From Chloroflexota bacterium (GTDB taxonomy: Bacteria > Chloroflexota > UBA11872), in contig CBDEVI010000002.1 in NCBI GenBank assembly GCA_965243625.1, positions 1,974,525 through 2,038,524 on the forward strand: 64,000 nucleotides of DNA, given 5' to 3'. Shown in pieces: positions 34,145 to 43,592 of this stretch (position 1 is the first letter of the stretch; each line of letters opens with the position of its first letter). Below the pieces are notes generated by a model that was given only the letters and a program-made list of their open reading frames with translations, did no database searches and was not told where the DNA came from. The translations under genes were made by a program, and so were the position numbers.

Positions 34145-35320
34145 CTAGCCGCCGCTCAGGACCTTGTAGCCGTAGTTGTCCTTGGTGCGTTCGGCGACTG
34201 GGAGCACCTCGACTACGACGCGGGATAGGCCCACGACCTCGCCATTGGCGTCGAAGCTGTAGTCGTCGCCGAGGGCGCCGCTCCAGGTGATGCCGTAGAG
34301 GCAGTCGCGGAATCCGTCGGCGTCCTGGTCGTCCCCGGTTTGGCTGAGGCACTCGGCGGCGATGTAGACGGTGTCGTAGGCGGAGCCGAGGTGCCAGGGC
34401 AGGGTGATGTAGTCATAGCGCTGCCGGAAGTCGGCGAGCACCGACTGCGTCTTGGCGTTGTTGGGGTCGGGCGCGGCGGTGATGGCCTTGACCCCGGTGG
34501 CGGCGTCACCCGCGATTTCGAGCGACGTGGTGCCCACGGTAATGGTGTCCCCGTAGATGGGGCCGGCGTAACCGAGCTCCCGCGCTTGCTTGATGATGGT
34601 GCCCGCCGCGAACTCGGCCTGCGGCGCGATGTGGAGCGCGTCCGGATTGGCCTCGAATAGCTTCGTCAACTGCGACCGGAAGTCCGTGATGTCGGACCCA
34701 AACCGCTCCGCGGCGACGATGGCGCCGCCGTTCTCCTCGAACCGCGCGACGGTCGTCCGCCGGACGCCCTCGGCGTAGTCGGTTTCCTCGGTGATGGTGG
34801 CCAGCGTGCGGATGCCGTCGGCCCAGAGCGCGTCGCCGGTGCGGATGCCCACCTCGATGTCGCTGATCTGGGTGCGGAAGATGTAGTCGCCGGCGTCGGC
34901 GATGTCGGGGTTGCTGGCCAGCCCGGAGAAGAGGATCACGCCGTCGGCCTCGGCCAGCGGGGCGACGCCGAGCATGGCGCCGCTGCACGACGTCCCGAGA
35001 ATGATCTTGACGCCGTCGACGTCGGTGAGCTTCTTGTAGGCGTTGATCGCGTCCTGGGCGTTGCACTTCGAGTCCTCGACGACCAGCTCCACCCGGCGCC
35101 CGTCGACGCCGCCCGCGGCGTTGATCTCGTCCACGGCCATGACCTTGGCCTGATGGGCCACGGTGCCGTAGGTCTCGCCGGCGCCGGTGAGGGATTCCAT
35201 GACGCCGATGCGATAGGGGATGACCTCGTCGGCATCCTCGCCGCAGGCCGCAAGTGCTGTCGCCAAGGCGATCTGCAGCAGCCCCAGCGTGACGGCTCGC
35301 TTCCAAAACGTGAGTCGCAT
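34145..35320 (-). CDS. ABC transporter substrate-binding lipoprotein, branched-chain amino acid (LivJ/LivK, type 1 PBP) family
   Basis: Lipobox LATALAACGED, then YRIGVMESLTGAGETYG...DSKCNAQDAINAYKKL...ILGTSCSGAMLGVAP typical of Leu/Ile/Val-binding proteins. ATG at 35320; the ORF is open further upstream. Confidence 0.8.
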   Translation of the reverse strand: MRLTFWKRAVTLGLLQIALATALAACGEDADEVIPYRIGVMESLTGAGETYGTVAHQAKVMAVDEINAAGGVDGRRVELVVEDSKCNAQDAINAYKKLTDVDGVKIILGTSCSGAMLGVAPLAEADGVILFSGLASNPDIADAGDYIFRTQISDIEVGIRTGDALWADGIRTLATITEETDYAEGVRRTTVARFEENGGAIVAAERFGSDITDFRSQLTKLFEANPDALHIAPQAEFAAGTIIKQARELGYAGPIYGDTITVGTTSLEIAGDAATGVKAITAAPDPNNAKTQSVLADFRQRYDYITLPWHLGSAYDTVYIAAECLSQTGDDQDADGFRDCLYGITWSGALGDDYSFDANGEVVGLSRVVVEVLPVAERTKDNYGYKVLSGG

Positions 35321-35491
35321 ATACGGATTCCTGAATACTGTCTGGCGCCCGCCGTGTAGTTTAGGCGGCCGGTGCATGAGGGCGCCGCTGGGGTTACACG
35401 GGCCGCGATGGGGCGGTGCTACCGTGCCTCGGCCATTTCCGCCGGCCAGCGGCCGCTGGGGCGATCGATCTGCCTCGCCGAAGGTTGAGCC

Positions 35492-36181
35492 GTGCTCGAT
35501 TTCGACCGCATTCGATGGATCAGCTTCGACTGCTACGGCACGCTGGTCGATTGGGAGACCGGAATCTTCGAGGCCGTCGCCCCGGTCCTGGCGTGCCACG
35601 GCATTCACAAGTCGAGGTCTGAGATCCTGGCGCTCTTCGCCGACGTGGAGCCCCGAGTGCAGTTCGCAAGCTACCTGGAATACCGCCGCGTCTTGCGTCG
35701 CGTGATGGTCCTGATCGGCCGCGAACTCGGCTTCCAGCCCACCGAACCCGAGCTAGCCTGCCTGGCCGACACCCTGCCCCGCTGGCCAGTCTTCCCGGAT
35801 ACGGTGGGCGCGCTGCGGGCGCTGCAATCCCGCTTCAAGCTCGCGGTGATCTCCAACGTGGACGACGACCTTTTCGCCGGGACGGCCGCGGCGCTGGGGA
35901 TCGACTTCGACGCCGTGGTCACGGCGCAGCAGGTCCGCAGTTACAAGCCGAGCCTGCGCAATTTCCACGCCGCCGCTGCGCGCATGGGCGTAGCCGAGGA
36001 CGCCTGGCTGCATGTCGCCGAGAGCCTCTTCCACGACATCGCGCCGGCAAACCGCCTGGGAATCGCCAGCGTCTGGGTGAACCGCGCGAATCGGGGAGGT
36101 GGAACGCGCCGCACCGACGCCGTTCCCGACCTCGTGGTGCCCGATCTGGCGACGCTGGCGCGGATACTGTGCTCACCGTGA
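35492..36181 (+). CDS. HAD superfamily hydrolase (haloacid dehalogenase type II / phosphatase-like)
   Basis: ISFDCYGTLVD (motif I DxYGT), KLAVISNVDD (motif II), SYKPS (motif III Lys). Confidence 0.8.
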   Translation: MLDFDRIRWISFDCYGTLVDWETGIFEAVAPVLACHGIHKSRSEILALFADVEPRVQFASYLEYRRVLRRVMVLIGRELGFQPTEPELACLADTLPRWPVFPDTVGALRALQSRFKLAVISNVDDDLFAGTAAALGIDFDAVVTAQQVRSYKPSLRNFHAAAARMGVAEDAWLHVAESLFHDIAPANRLGIASVWVNRANRGGGTRRTDAVPDLVVPDLATLARILCSP

Positions 36182-36236
36182 CGGCCGAACGGCGCCAGCA
36201 CCGGACCAATCGTTGACCTTGGGAGGGGCTGATTCC

Positions 36237-36677
36237 GTGACACCAAGCCGGAGCATATTCGTGAACCTGGCGGTGAAGGACGTGGCCAGGTCCGTCGCGT
36301 TCTTCACCGAGTTGGGGTTCGAGTTCAATCCCGCGTTCACCAACGATCAGGGAGCGTGCCTGATCATCAGCGAGAACATCTTCGCCATGCTGCTGGCGGA
36401 GAGCTTTTTCAGCAGCTTCATTCCGGGACGGCGGATCGCCGACACGTCGGACACGACCGAGGCGTTGCTCGCCGTATTCCTGGCCGAGCGGGACGAGGTC
36501 GACGCCATGCTCGACAAGGCCGTGGCGGCGGGTGGAACGGCCTTCCGGGAACGGTCGGAGTTCCAAGGGATGTATGGCGGCGCGTTCCAGGACCTGGACG
36601 GGCACATCTGGGAGATCGGCCACATGGGGCAAGCCGCAACGGAGGAGGCTCCTGCGGCTGCTGAGGAGGGGTCATGA
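36237..36677 (+). CDS. VOC (glyoxalase/bleomycin-resistance/dioxygenase) family protein
   Basis: GTG at 36237 preceded by GGGAGGGG. IFVNLAVKDVARSVAFFTELGFEF...DGHIWEI is the paired beta-alpha-beta-beta-beta VOC fold signature. Confidence 0.7.
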   Translation: MTPSRSIFVNLAVKDVARSVAFFTELGFEFNPAFTNDQGACLIISENIFAMLLAESFFSSFIPGRRIADTSDTTEALLAVFLAERDEVDAMLDKAVAAGGTAFRERSEFQGMYGGAFQDLDGHIWEIGHMGQAATEEAPAAAEEGS

Positions 36678-37138
36678 TGCGGGCATCGCCAAAGGTCAGC
36701 CCGTTTCTCTGGTTTGACGGCCGGTCGGTGGAGGCCGCCGAGTTCTACGTCTCGGTGTTTCCGAACTCCCGGATTCTGAGCGTCTCGGTGATTTCGGAAG
36801 GCCCCGCCAAGGGCCAGGCGATCGTCGAATTCGAGCTCGACGGGCAGAAGTTCGGCGCGGTGGACGGCGGGCCGATGTACAGCTTCACGCCCGCCGTTTC
36901 GTTCGTCGTCGCCTGCGAGTCGCAGGAGGAGATCGACTACTACTGGGACCGGCTGTCGGAAGACGGCGAGCCGGGCCGATGCGGCTGGCTGGAGGACAAG
37001 TTCGGCGTGTCGTGGCAGGTGACGCCGTCGATGCTTCCCGACCTGATGGCGGGCAATGCGTCGAAGGTGACGGAAGCCATCCTCGCCATGGACAAGATCG
37101 ACATCGAAACGCTGCGCCGGGCGTCCGAGAGCGACTGA
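36674..37138 (+). CDS. PhnB-like VOC superfamily protein
   Basis: ATGA overlap with the upstream gene. KVSPFLWFDGRSVEAAEFYVSVFPNS...FELDGQKFGAVDGGP...EEIDYYWDRLSEDGEPGRCGWLEDKFGVSWQV is the PhnB/3-demethylubiquinone-9 methyltransferase-like family pattern. Confidence 0.75.
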   Translation: MMRASPKVSPFLWFDGRSVEAAEFYVSVFPNSRILSVSVISEGPAKGQAIVEFELDGQKFGAVDGGPMYSFTPAVSFVVACESQEEIDYYWDRLSEDGEPGRCGWLEDKFGVSWQVTPSMLPDLMAGNASKVTEAILAMDKIDIETLRRASESD

Positions 37139-37146
37139 GGCCGCCA

Positions 37147-37782
37147 GTGATTGCTGAGCTTGGCACCCACCCGAGCGATGGACGGCTGCTGCTGCACGCG
37201 GAAACTCAGGCCGAGTGGCGGGCGTGGCTGGAGCAGAATCACCAACGCGCGGACGGCGTCTGGCTCGTCTCGTGGAAGAAGGCCACGGGTAAGCCGTTCA
37301 TTCCCTATTCCCACACGGTGGACGAAGCGCTGTGCTTCGGCTGGATTGACTCGCGGCCCAACCGGGTGGACGACGAGCGGGCGATGCGGCTTTTCACGCC
37401 ACGGAGACCGAAAAGCCTCTGGTCGCGCATCAACAGGGCGAAGGTGGCGCGACTCACGGCGCAGGGCCGGATGGCGCCGGCCGGCATGCAAATGGTCGAG
37501 ACGGCGAAGGCGAACGGATGGTGGACGGTCGGAGACGAGATCGAAGACCTGGTCATCCCGCCCGACTTGGGTTCGGCCCTGGCCGCCAACGAGACGGCGA
37601 GTGACTGCTTCGAGCGTTTCGCCGCCTCGGCGAAGAAGAGCATTCTCTGGTGGATCAAGTCGGCGCGGAAGCCCGAGACCCGGGCCAAGCGCATCGCGCA
37701 GACCGTGGAGCTGGCTGCCGAGAACCGCATGGCCAACCACCCCAAGGGCAGGGACCAGGGTCCGAAACGGCGCTCGGGCTAG
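37147..37782 (+). CDS. YdeI/OmpD-associated (DUF1801/bacteriocin-protection) family protein
   Basis: AEWRAWLEQNHQRADGVWLVSWKKATGKPFIPYSHTVDEALCFGWIDS...WWIKSARKPETRAKRI. GTG at 37147 is preferred. The ORF is open from 36979 but overlaps the previous gene. Confidence 0.65.
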   Translation: MIAELGTHPSDGRLLLHAETQAEWRAWLEQNHQRADGVWLVSWKKATGKPFIPYSHTVDEALCFGWIDSRPNRVDDERAMRLFTPRRPKSLWSRINRAKVARLTAQGRMAPAGMQMVETAKANGWWTVGDEIEDLVIPPDLGSALAANETASDCFERFAASAKKSILWWIKSARKPETRAKRIAQTVELAAENRMANHPKGRDQGPKRRSG

Positions 37783-37830
37783 CGCGTATACGCTGGCGGC
37801 ACGACAACCGCCCATCGACCCACCCCAGAC

Positions 37831-39060
37831 ATGACTACCCGTCGCTCGAGGCCGCTAGACAGATTGGTACGAGCGTTCGTCCTCTTTGCCCTCGTGGCCC
37901 TCGCGTTGTCGGCCTGCGGCGAGGACGCATCCGATACGTCCGAGCCGCAGGCGCCGACCGCCGCGACCATCACGGTGGGGGCATCTCCGGCGCCGGCGCA
38001 TCCCGTGCCCACCGCGACGGCGGCGGCACCGGCGGCGCCGTCCCCGGCCGCGACGGTGGCGGCGATCCTGCCAACAACTGCGCCTTCGCCTGCGGTCACA
38101 ACAGCCGTGCCGGCTCCTGGCGTTGCGGTCTCCGAAGCGTTTGGCGTCGTGGACGCCGCCAACGCGTTCCTCGACGGGCTCACTGCGGACCAACGGGCGG
38201 GGGCTGTGCTCGCCTTCGATTCGCCGCTGCGGCCCAACTGGTCCAACCTGCCGCCGAGCATGACGCGCTTCGAGCACAACGGCGTCCGCATCGGCGACCT
38301 GAACGCCCGGCAAACCGAGCTGATGCATGAGTTCCTGCGCGCGGCGCTCAGTCCGGACGGCTACGCCAAGGTCGTCGGCATCGTGGGGGCCGAAGACGCG
38401 CTGGCCGCATCGTCGGGGCGTCAATTGAGCGCGGACAACTACTGGCTGGCCTTCTTCGGCGAGCCCTCCGCGGACGATCCCTGGGGCTGGCAGTTCGGCG
38501 GTCACCACCTGGCCGTGAACGTCACGGTCGTGGACGGGCGCTCGTATCTGTCACCAACTCTGGTGGCTGTCCAACCGGCGTCCTACGAGGTCGACGGCGT
38601 CACGATCGCGCCTCTGGCCGCCGAGGTGCAGTCCGGGCTGGCGCTGATGAACGCGCTGGACGACGCGCAGCAGGCGGCGGCGCGGGTACAGCGGCCCAAT
38701 GAGCTATGGGCCGGCGCGGGCAAGGACGGCGTGACGCCGCCGCTGGAAGGCGTGCCCGTGGCGGGGTGGAGCGAGGCCCAGCGAGCCCTGCTGCTGGACG
38801 CGGTCGCGCAATGGGTCGGCCTGATGCCCGCCGCCAGCGCCGAAGAGCGGTTGGCCGAGATCGCGGCAGACCTTGGCGATACCCATTTCGCCTGGCACGG
38901 CGACGTCGACGCCGGCCGGCCCATCTACTACCGCATCCAGGGACCGACGCTCATCATCGAGTTCGCCACGCAAAGCAGGTCCGGCGGCGACCACGCGCAC
39001 TACCACTCGATCTATCGCGACCCAACGAACGAGTACGGAGCGGCTGCCGCTGCCGGCTGA
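37831..39060 (+). CDS. DUF3500 domain lipoprotein
   Basis: Lipobox ALALSACGED, Ala/Pro-rich linker, then WQFGGHHLAVN...FAWHGD...PIYYRIQGPTLIIEFATQ...HAHYHSIYRDP characteristic of DUF3500. Confidence 0.7.
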   Translation: MTTRRSRPLDRLVRAFVLFALVALALSACGEDASDTSEPQAPTAATITVGASPAPAHPVPTATAAAPAAPSPAATVAAILPTTAPSPAVTTAVPAPGVAVSEAFGVVDAANAFLDGLTADQRAGAVLAFDSPLRPNWSNLPPSMTRFEHNGVRIGDLNARQTELMHEFLRAALSPDGYAKVVGIVGAEDALAASSGRQLSADNYWLAFFGEPSADDPWGWQFGGHHLAVNVTVVDGRSYLSPTLVAVQPASYEVDGVTIAPLAAEVQSGLALMNALDDAQQAAARVQRPNELWAGAGKDGVTPPLEGVPVAGWSEAQRALLLDAVAQWVGLMPAASAEERLAEIAADLGDTHFAWHGDVDAGRPIYYRIQGPTLIIEFATQSRSGGDHAHYHSIYRDPTNEYGAAAAAG

Positions 39061-39216
39061 CCACATCGAACGAGCTTCCGACCCTGGCTACCGGCGATGC
39101 TGAGACCGTCGACGGGGTCGCATATCCAGCGTCTCCAACTTGGGCTGGCGCGGCGAATCGGCCATAATGACGACCCGTCAACATCGGTTGGATTCGCCTA
39201 GCGAGGCAGGCATTCC

Positions 39217-40275
39217 ATGACGACGGTAACTCCCGCCGTGGCGCAGGCGCCGCGGCTGACGACGGACCAGATTGCCCAGTTCAAGCGCGAAGGATTTCTC
39301 GTGCTGCCGGGCGTGGTCGATCCCGAGCTGTGCCGGCAGGCGCGCGATCAGATGTGGGACACGATCGCGCAGTACCGGCCCAGCATGAAGCGCGACGATC
39401 CCTCCACCTGGACGCCGATCAGCGAGGAGGAAAACGCGAGCTACGTGCGTGAGGAGACCGGCGGCGACCCCTATTTCGGCGGCGGGGGGCACCGGTTCTA
39501 CATCCGCAACGGGGCCGAGGATTTGCTGCTGGACATTGGCGCCCGCGTGGTGTGGGACGTCGCCGAGCAGCTGTTGGGCGAGGGCGAGGTTGTCTACCCC
39601 GCGGGCCTGGACGCCACCGGCCACACCACGGGGCCGTGCTACCTGACCGAGGGCGCGGTGAAGGGCATGGAGTCCCACCTGGGCGACAAGACCAGGGAAT
39701 GGACCGGTCCGCCGACGAACAGGACCGGACCGCTGCGCCTGCCGAAGACCGGTCCCCACTGGGTGACGGGCCAGGGCACGCGCGGCATGTATTGCACGCT
39801 GCCGAACGGATCGCCCCGCGGACCGAACTATCCCTCCGCCCATTCGGGTGAGGGCATGGGCTCGGAGAGCCGCTGGAAGGTGCAGACGGCGGTCTACTTC
39901 GACGACCTGCCGCTGGGCGCGGGCGGCTTGCACCTGTGGCCCGGCAGCCACGCCAGGGTGTGGGAGGCCTACCGCGAGCTCAAGCAGAGCGGCTCGGGCG
40001 AGGCGTATGACGGCTACAAACATCCCGTGGTGGCCGACATCAAGGCCGACACGGAGCCGGTGGACACCCACGGTCCGGCGGGATCGGTGGTGCTGTGGCA
40101 CTCGATCATGCTGCACATGGCGGGCGTCAACACCTCGAGCGACATCATCCGCCAGGCGACGCTGTACGCCTTTGCCAAGACGCCGGAGTCCATGCCGGAC
40201 GAGAGCGTGGAGAACGAGACCCTCGACGACATCTGGAAGGATTGGTCGGACGAGGTGCGGGCGGTGGCGGGCTAG
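39217..40275 (+). CDS. phytanoyl-CoA dioxygenase (PhyH)-like Fe(II)/2OG oxygenase
   Basis: QIAQFKREGFLVLPGVVDPELC...LWPGSHA...VLWHSIMLHMAGVN. Confidence 0.75.
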   Translation: MTTVTPAVAQAPRLTTDQIAQFKREGFLVLPGVVDPELCRQARDQMWDTIAQYRPSMKRDDPSTWTPISEEENASYVREETGGDPYFGGGGHRFYIRNGAEDLLLDIGARVVWDVAEQLLGEGEVVYPAGLDATGHTTGPCYLTEGAVKGMESHLGDKTREWTGPPTNRTGPLRLPKTGPHWVTGQGTRGMYCTLPNGSPRGPNYPSAHSGEGMGSESRWKVQTAVYFDDLPLGAGGLHLWPGSHARVWEAYRELKQSGSGEAYDGYKHPVVADIKADTEPVDTHGPAGSVVLWHSIMLHMAGVNTSSDIIRQATLYAFAKTPESMPDESVENETLDDIWKDWSDEVRAVAG

Positions 40276-40289
40276 GGGGTCGCTTTCGA

Positions 40290-40780
40290 GGGGGCCAGGA
40301 TCCCGGGCTGCGCGCAGCCCGGGCCACCGGAGACCCTCACCCCAGCCCTCTCCCTTCCAGGGAGAGGGAGTCGGGCGGCGTCGGCGTTTGGTCCGATGCG
40401 CTGGGGTCGTGCGCTCGAGATTCCTCGCTGCGCTCGGAATGACAGATGGTGGGCGGGTCTGAGACCGCCCCTACCCCGCGTATTTGGCATGCCTCCGGGA
40501 TCAGCCGGACTGGATTCCGGCCTACGCCGGAATGACAGAGGGGTTGCGCAAGGTTCCCTTCGAGGGAGGGAGTCGGGCGGCGTCGGCGTTTCATCCGATG
40601 CGCTGGGGTTGAGCGCTCTAGATTCCTCGCTGCGCTCGGAATCACATTTCGGGGCTGGGACGGCTGGCTCGGTGTCCAGTGCCCTCGCGAAGACCCCCTC
40701 CCCAACCCTCCCCCTTCCAGGTGGAGGGGGCAGGAGTTCGGCACGGGCGGGTCTGAGACCCGCCCCTACCCCGAGAACTT
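40290..40780. repeat. about 490-bp intergenic array of repeat modules between convergent genes (two CCCTCTCCC...GGGAGAGGG hairpins, two family-B units, one family-A palindrome, two GGGCGGGTCTGAGACCCGCCCCTACCCC hairpins)
   Basis: 40330-40375 and 40700-40735 (family CCCTCTCCC). 40425-40455 and 40618-40650 (GAGATTCCTCGCTGCGCTCGGAATGAC). 40508-40540 (GGATTCCGGCCTACGCCGGAATGAC). 40452-40478 and 40738-40764 (GGGCGGGTCTGAGACC). Confidence 0.8.
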
Positions 40781-40784
40781 CGCG

Positions 40785-41648
40785 CTAGCCGCCGGCGGCT
40801 CGCTGCCGTTCGGCGCGGACTTTGGCGGAGAGCGCGGCGAGGTGGCCGTCGTTGGCGAGGCGCTGTTCCAGGTGGCGCATGCGCTCCGGCGAGGCGGTTT
40901 GGAGCATCACGTCGCCGTAGGCGCGCTCCATCTCGTGCCGTGACAGATTGGCAACCGACTTTCGAACGGGCTCCAAGTCGTCGTCGGGTTGCCGCGCCTG
41001 CATGTTGATGGTGAACATGCGCCGCCGCGTGCCGCCCCCGAACGACGCGTGCTTGATCTCGTGATTGAATACCAGGACGTCGCCGGGTTGGGTTTCCAGC
41101 GCCACGGACGGCACCTCGGTCCCTGACAGGCCCCAGGTCTTCTCGGGCAGCGACGCGCGCTCGTCGAGCGGCGTGCGGTAGTAGTCGACCGCGCCCAACA
41201 TCCGCCAGAAGCGGCCGCCCTTGTGGTGGCTGCCCGGAATCACCCGCAGGCTGCCGGACGCGGCGTCCAGCGGATCCAGGTAGAACGCGGTCTTGATGGG
41301 GAGCTTGGCTCCCCAGCTCGTGTCGGAATGCCAGGGCGTATCGCCGCTGTAGACGTTGCCGTCGCTGGTCATGTAATTGAAATCCTCGCCGCAGATCGAG
41401 GACCCGATGCCGACGACCCGCGGGTCGTCGAGCAGCGAGCTCAGATATGGGTGCTGGTCGATGAACGGCACCACCACCGTCAGCCGCTCGTTCAGGTCGT
41501 CCGCCGCCCCGTCGAGCCCGCCGCCATTGGCGGTCCACACCTCGCGGAAGGCGTCGTTGAGCGCGTCGACCTCGTCGCGAAAGAGGCCCCGCAACGCCAG
41601 GTAGCCGAAGGTCTTGAAGAATCGCAGTTGTTGCTCGGTGAGTTGCAT
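40785..41648 (-). CDS. phytanoyl-CoA dioxygenase (PhyH) family oxygenase
   Basis: MQLTEQQLRFFKTFGYLALRGLFRDEV...PWHSDTSW...VIPGSHH...VFNHEIKHASFGG. The ORF is open to 41816, but the ATG at 41648 fits the family N-terminus. Confidence 0.7.
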   Translation of the reverse strand: MQLTEQQLRFFKTFGYLALRGLFRDEVDALNDAFREVWTANGGGLDGAADDLNERLTVVVPFIDQHPYLSSLLDDPRVVGIGSSICGEDFNYMTSDGNVYSGDTPWHSDTSWGAKLPIKTAFYLDPLDAASGSLRVIPGSHHKGGRFWRMLGAVDYYRTPLDERASLPEKTWGLSGTEVPSVALETQPGDVLVFNHEIKHASFGGGTRRRMFTINMQARQPDDDLEPVRKSVANLSRHEMERAYGDVMLQTASPERMRHLEQRLANDGHLAALSAKVRAERQRAAGG

Positions 41649-41809
41649 GGCGCTCTCCGATCCGCTCGTGCACCCGGGCCCGCCCCCAAGAATGCTGCCA
41701 CCTTCGGGGGCGCCGCGCCAGCCGCGGTCGCGCCTGGCTTGGGGCGCGATCCGCCGCTGGCCCGAATAGCCCGCCCAACCGCGGATCGCTATGCTCAAGC
41801 GCCCACCGA

Positions 41810-42391
41810 GTGCCACCCAGACGATCGGCCATGCGCTACATCAGCCGAAATGAGCTATTCGGCTACGGTTTTCTGACCGGTGCGGTGGTGGTGCTGTCGC
41901 TGCCGCTGTTTCCGTACCAGTGGCACGTGTTCATGCATGTGGCCGGCGCGGTGGTCTTCCTCGGCAACATTATTGTCACCGGCGTGTGGATGCTGCTGGC
42001 GGAGCGGACGCGGAGCATCCCAGTGATCCACTTCTCGGCCAAGGCGGTGATCCGGGCCGATTTCCTGTTCACATTGCCGGGCGTTCTGCTGCTGGTGATC
42101 AATGGGATCGTGATGGTGGTTGCCCGGTGGGGCGGGTGGGACGCGTTTCACCAGATCTCGTGGGTCACCGTTGCGCTGGGGTTGTTCATCGCGTCCGGCG
42201 TGATCTGGGTGGGCGCCCTGCTCCCCGCCCAACATCGGATGGCGGTGTTTTCGGACCCGTCGGCCTATCCGGAGTCTCTGCCGCCGCGCTTCGTCTCGGC
42301 GATCCGTCAGTGGTATTTCTGGGGCGTGCTGGCGATTCTGCTCCCCGTCGTCTCGCTCTACCTGATGGTCCACAAGCCGGCGTTCGGATAA
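41810..42391 (+). CDS. hypothetical polytopic membrane protein (DUF2269-like)
   Basis: Four predicted TM helices. No RBS is obvious at either the 41810 or the 41831 ATG. Confidence 0.5.
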   Translation: MPPRRSAMRYISRNELFGYGFLTGAVVVLSLPLFPYQWHVFMHVAGAVVFLGNIIVTGVWMLLAERTRSIPVIHFSAKAVIRADFLFTLPGVLLLVINGIVMVVARWGGWDAFHQISWVTVALGLFIASGVIWVGALLPAQHRMAVFSDPSAYPESLPPRFVSAIRQWYFWGVLAILLPVVSLYLMVHKPAFG

Positions 42392-42479
42392 GGCGCTGCG
42401 ACGGAGATTTCCGGAACCCCGGCGGTCCGACCGGTCGAGGCGCCCGAAACCACGGCAGCTGTGACGCAGCAGGGGTCTC

Positions 42480-42700
42480 ACTGCGAGGTAGCGAGCGGCA
42501 TTGACTATCGGACCACCGGATGGCTTCGCCTCGGCGTCGGGCCCCCTTGATTCGTCCAGTGACACGCTGGGGTGGATTCCCGCCTTCGCGGGAATCACAA
42601 AGGACTACGCAGAGGACTCCCTTCGCGGGAATGACGGACTCGAATTGACCCGATACTCATTTAGAAGCAAGCGTCGTGATATATTGTTTGGCCAATACCG
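42480..42700. repeat. composite REP/MITE-like repeat (GGGTGGATTCCCGCCTTCGCGGGAATCACAAAGGACTACGCAGAGG plus CTTCGCGGGAATGACGGACTCGAATTGACC)
   Basis: Family-A modules as elsewhere. Confidence 0.75.
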
Positions 42701-42741
42701 TCGCTTTATTTCTGATTTTCCTTACATGAGAGGAGAACGAT

Positions 42742-43239
42742 TTGACGGAAATCGACGAGGTCTTGGCTAGCAGCGCCAGCTATGCGGCAAGCTTCCGCGC
42801 GGGGGATTTGACCGCATCGCCCGGGCGCAGCCTTGCGGTAGTGGCGTGCGCGGACGCGCGCATTGACGTGCACAGAATCCTGGGGCTCAAGGAGGGCGAC
42901 GCTCACGTCCTCCGAAACGCGGGAGGCGTGATTACCGACGATGTGATTCGGTCGCTGATCATTTCCCAGCGACTGCTCGGCACCCGCGAGGTCATGGTCA
43001 TCCATCACACCGACTGCGGCATGCTGAAATTCCGCGACGACGACTTCAAGGACGAAATTGAAGCCGAAACGGGGATTCGTCCGGCATTCGCGCTCGAAGC
43101 GTTCGCGGATCTCGACCAGAATATGCGGCAATCCATTGCTCGAATCCACGCCAGCCCGTTTATTCCACACAAAGACCAGATTCGGGGGTTCATCTACGAT
43201 TGCGCCTCTGGAAAGCTCTCGGAGGTCCTGGATTCATAG
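42742..43239 (+). CDS. beta-class carbonic anhydrase
   Basis: TTG start with GAGAGGAGAA RBS. VVACADAR (CxDxR) and VIHHTDCG (HxxCG) zinc ligand motifs. Confidence 0.85.
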   Translation: MTEIDEVLASSASYAASFRAGDLTASPGRSLAVVACADARIDVHRILGLKEGDAHVLRNAGGVITDDVIRSLIISQRLLGTREVMVIHHTDCGMLKFRDDDFKDEIEAETGIRPAFALEAFADLDQNMRQSIARIHASPFIPHKDQIRGFIYDCASGKLSEVLDS

Positions 43240-43400
43240 CCAAATCATGGCAGAAGTGTTTGGTTTCAATCGATGAATCGATCTAAGTCGCAAATCAATT
43301 GTTATTCTGCATTCAATCGATGTTTTATTTCATCATCAATGCGAGGATTCCGGTCGCATTGTCCGCAAAGAAGTTTGGTGCTATAGTTCGGGATCGTTAG
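43240..43400. other. anomalously AT-rich (about 35% GC) intergenic segment with direct TTCAATCGATG repeats
   Basis: TTTCAATCGATGAATCGATC...ATTCAATCGATGTTTTATTTCATCATCAATG in a genome that is otherwise about 68% GC. Lies upstream of the SulP gene. Confidence 0.5.
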
Positions 43401-43592
43401 ATTTGGCGGGGCCGGGCGGTCCGCCATGCGGCAGCGAGGGAGAGGCACGTTGCCCGCCGTAGCCCCACCCCGGCAAATGGCATCGCTGCCGTCGAAACCC
43501 CCGCGCCGGGCTTCCAGCCTCACAGCAACCCCGGTGGAATTCGCGGGTAGCCACCGACAGGCGGAAGCGGGGGATCGATCGGGAACTCGGTC

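Noticed and set aside
31612-34148. Short ORFs 31612-31800, 32536-33159 and 33894-34148 encoding the conserved peptide RFNEGWIPAFAGMTKGYA
   Set aside because: Peptide conservation is a by-product of the repeated DNA element (GGATTCCCGCCTTCGCGGGAATGAC), and the reading frames are not conserved beyond the repeat. Not genes.
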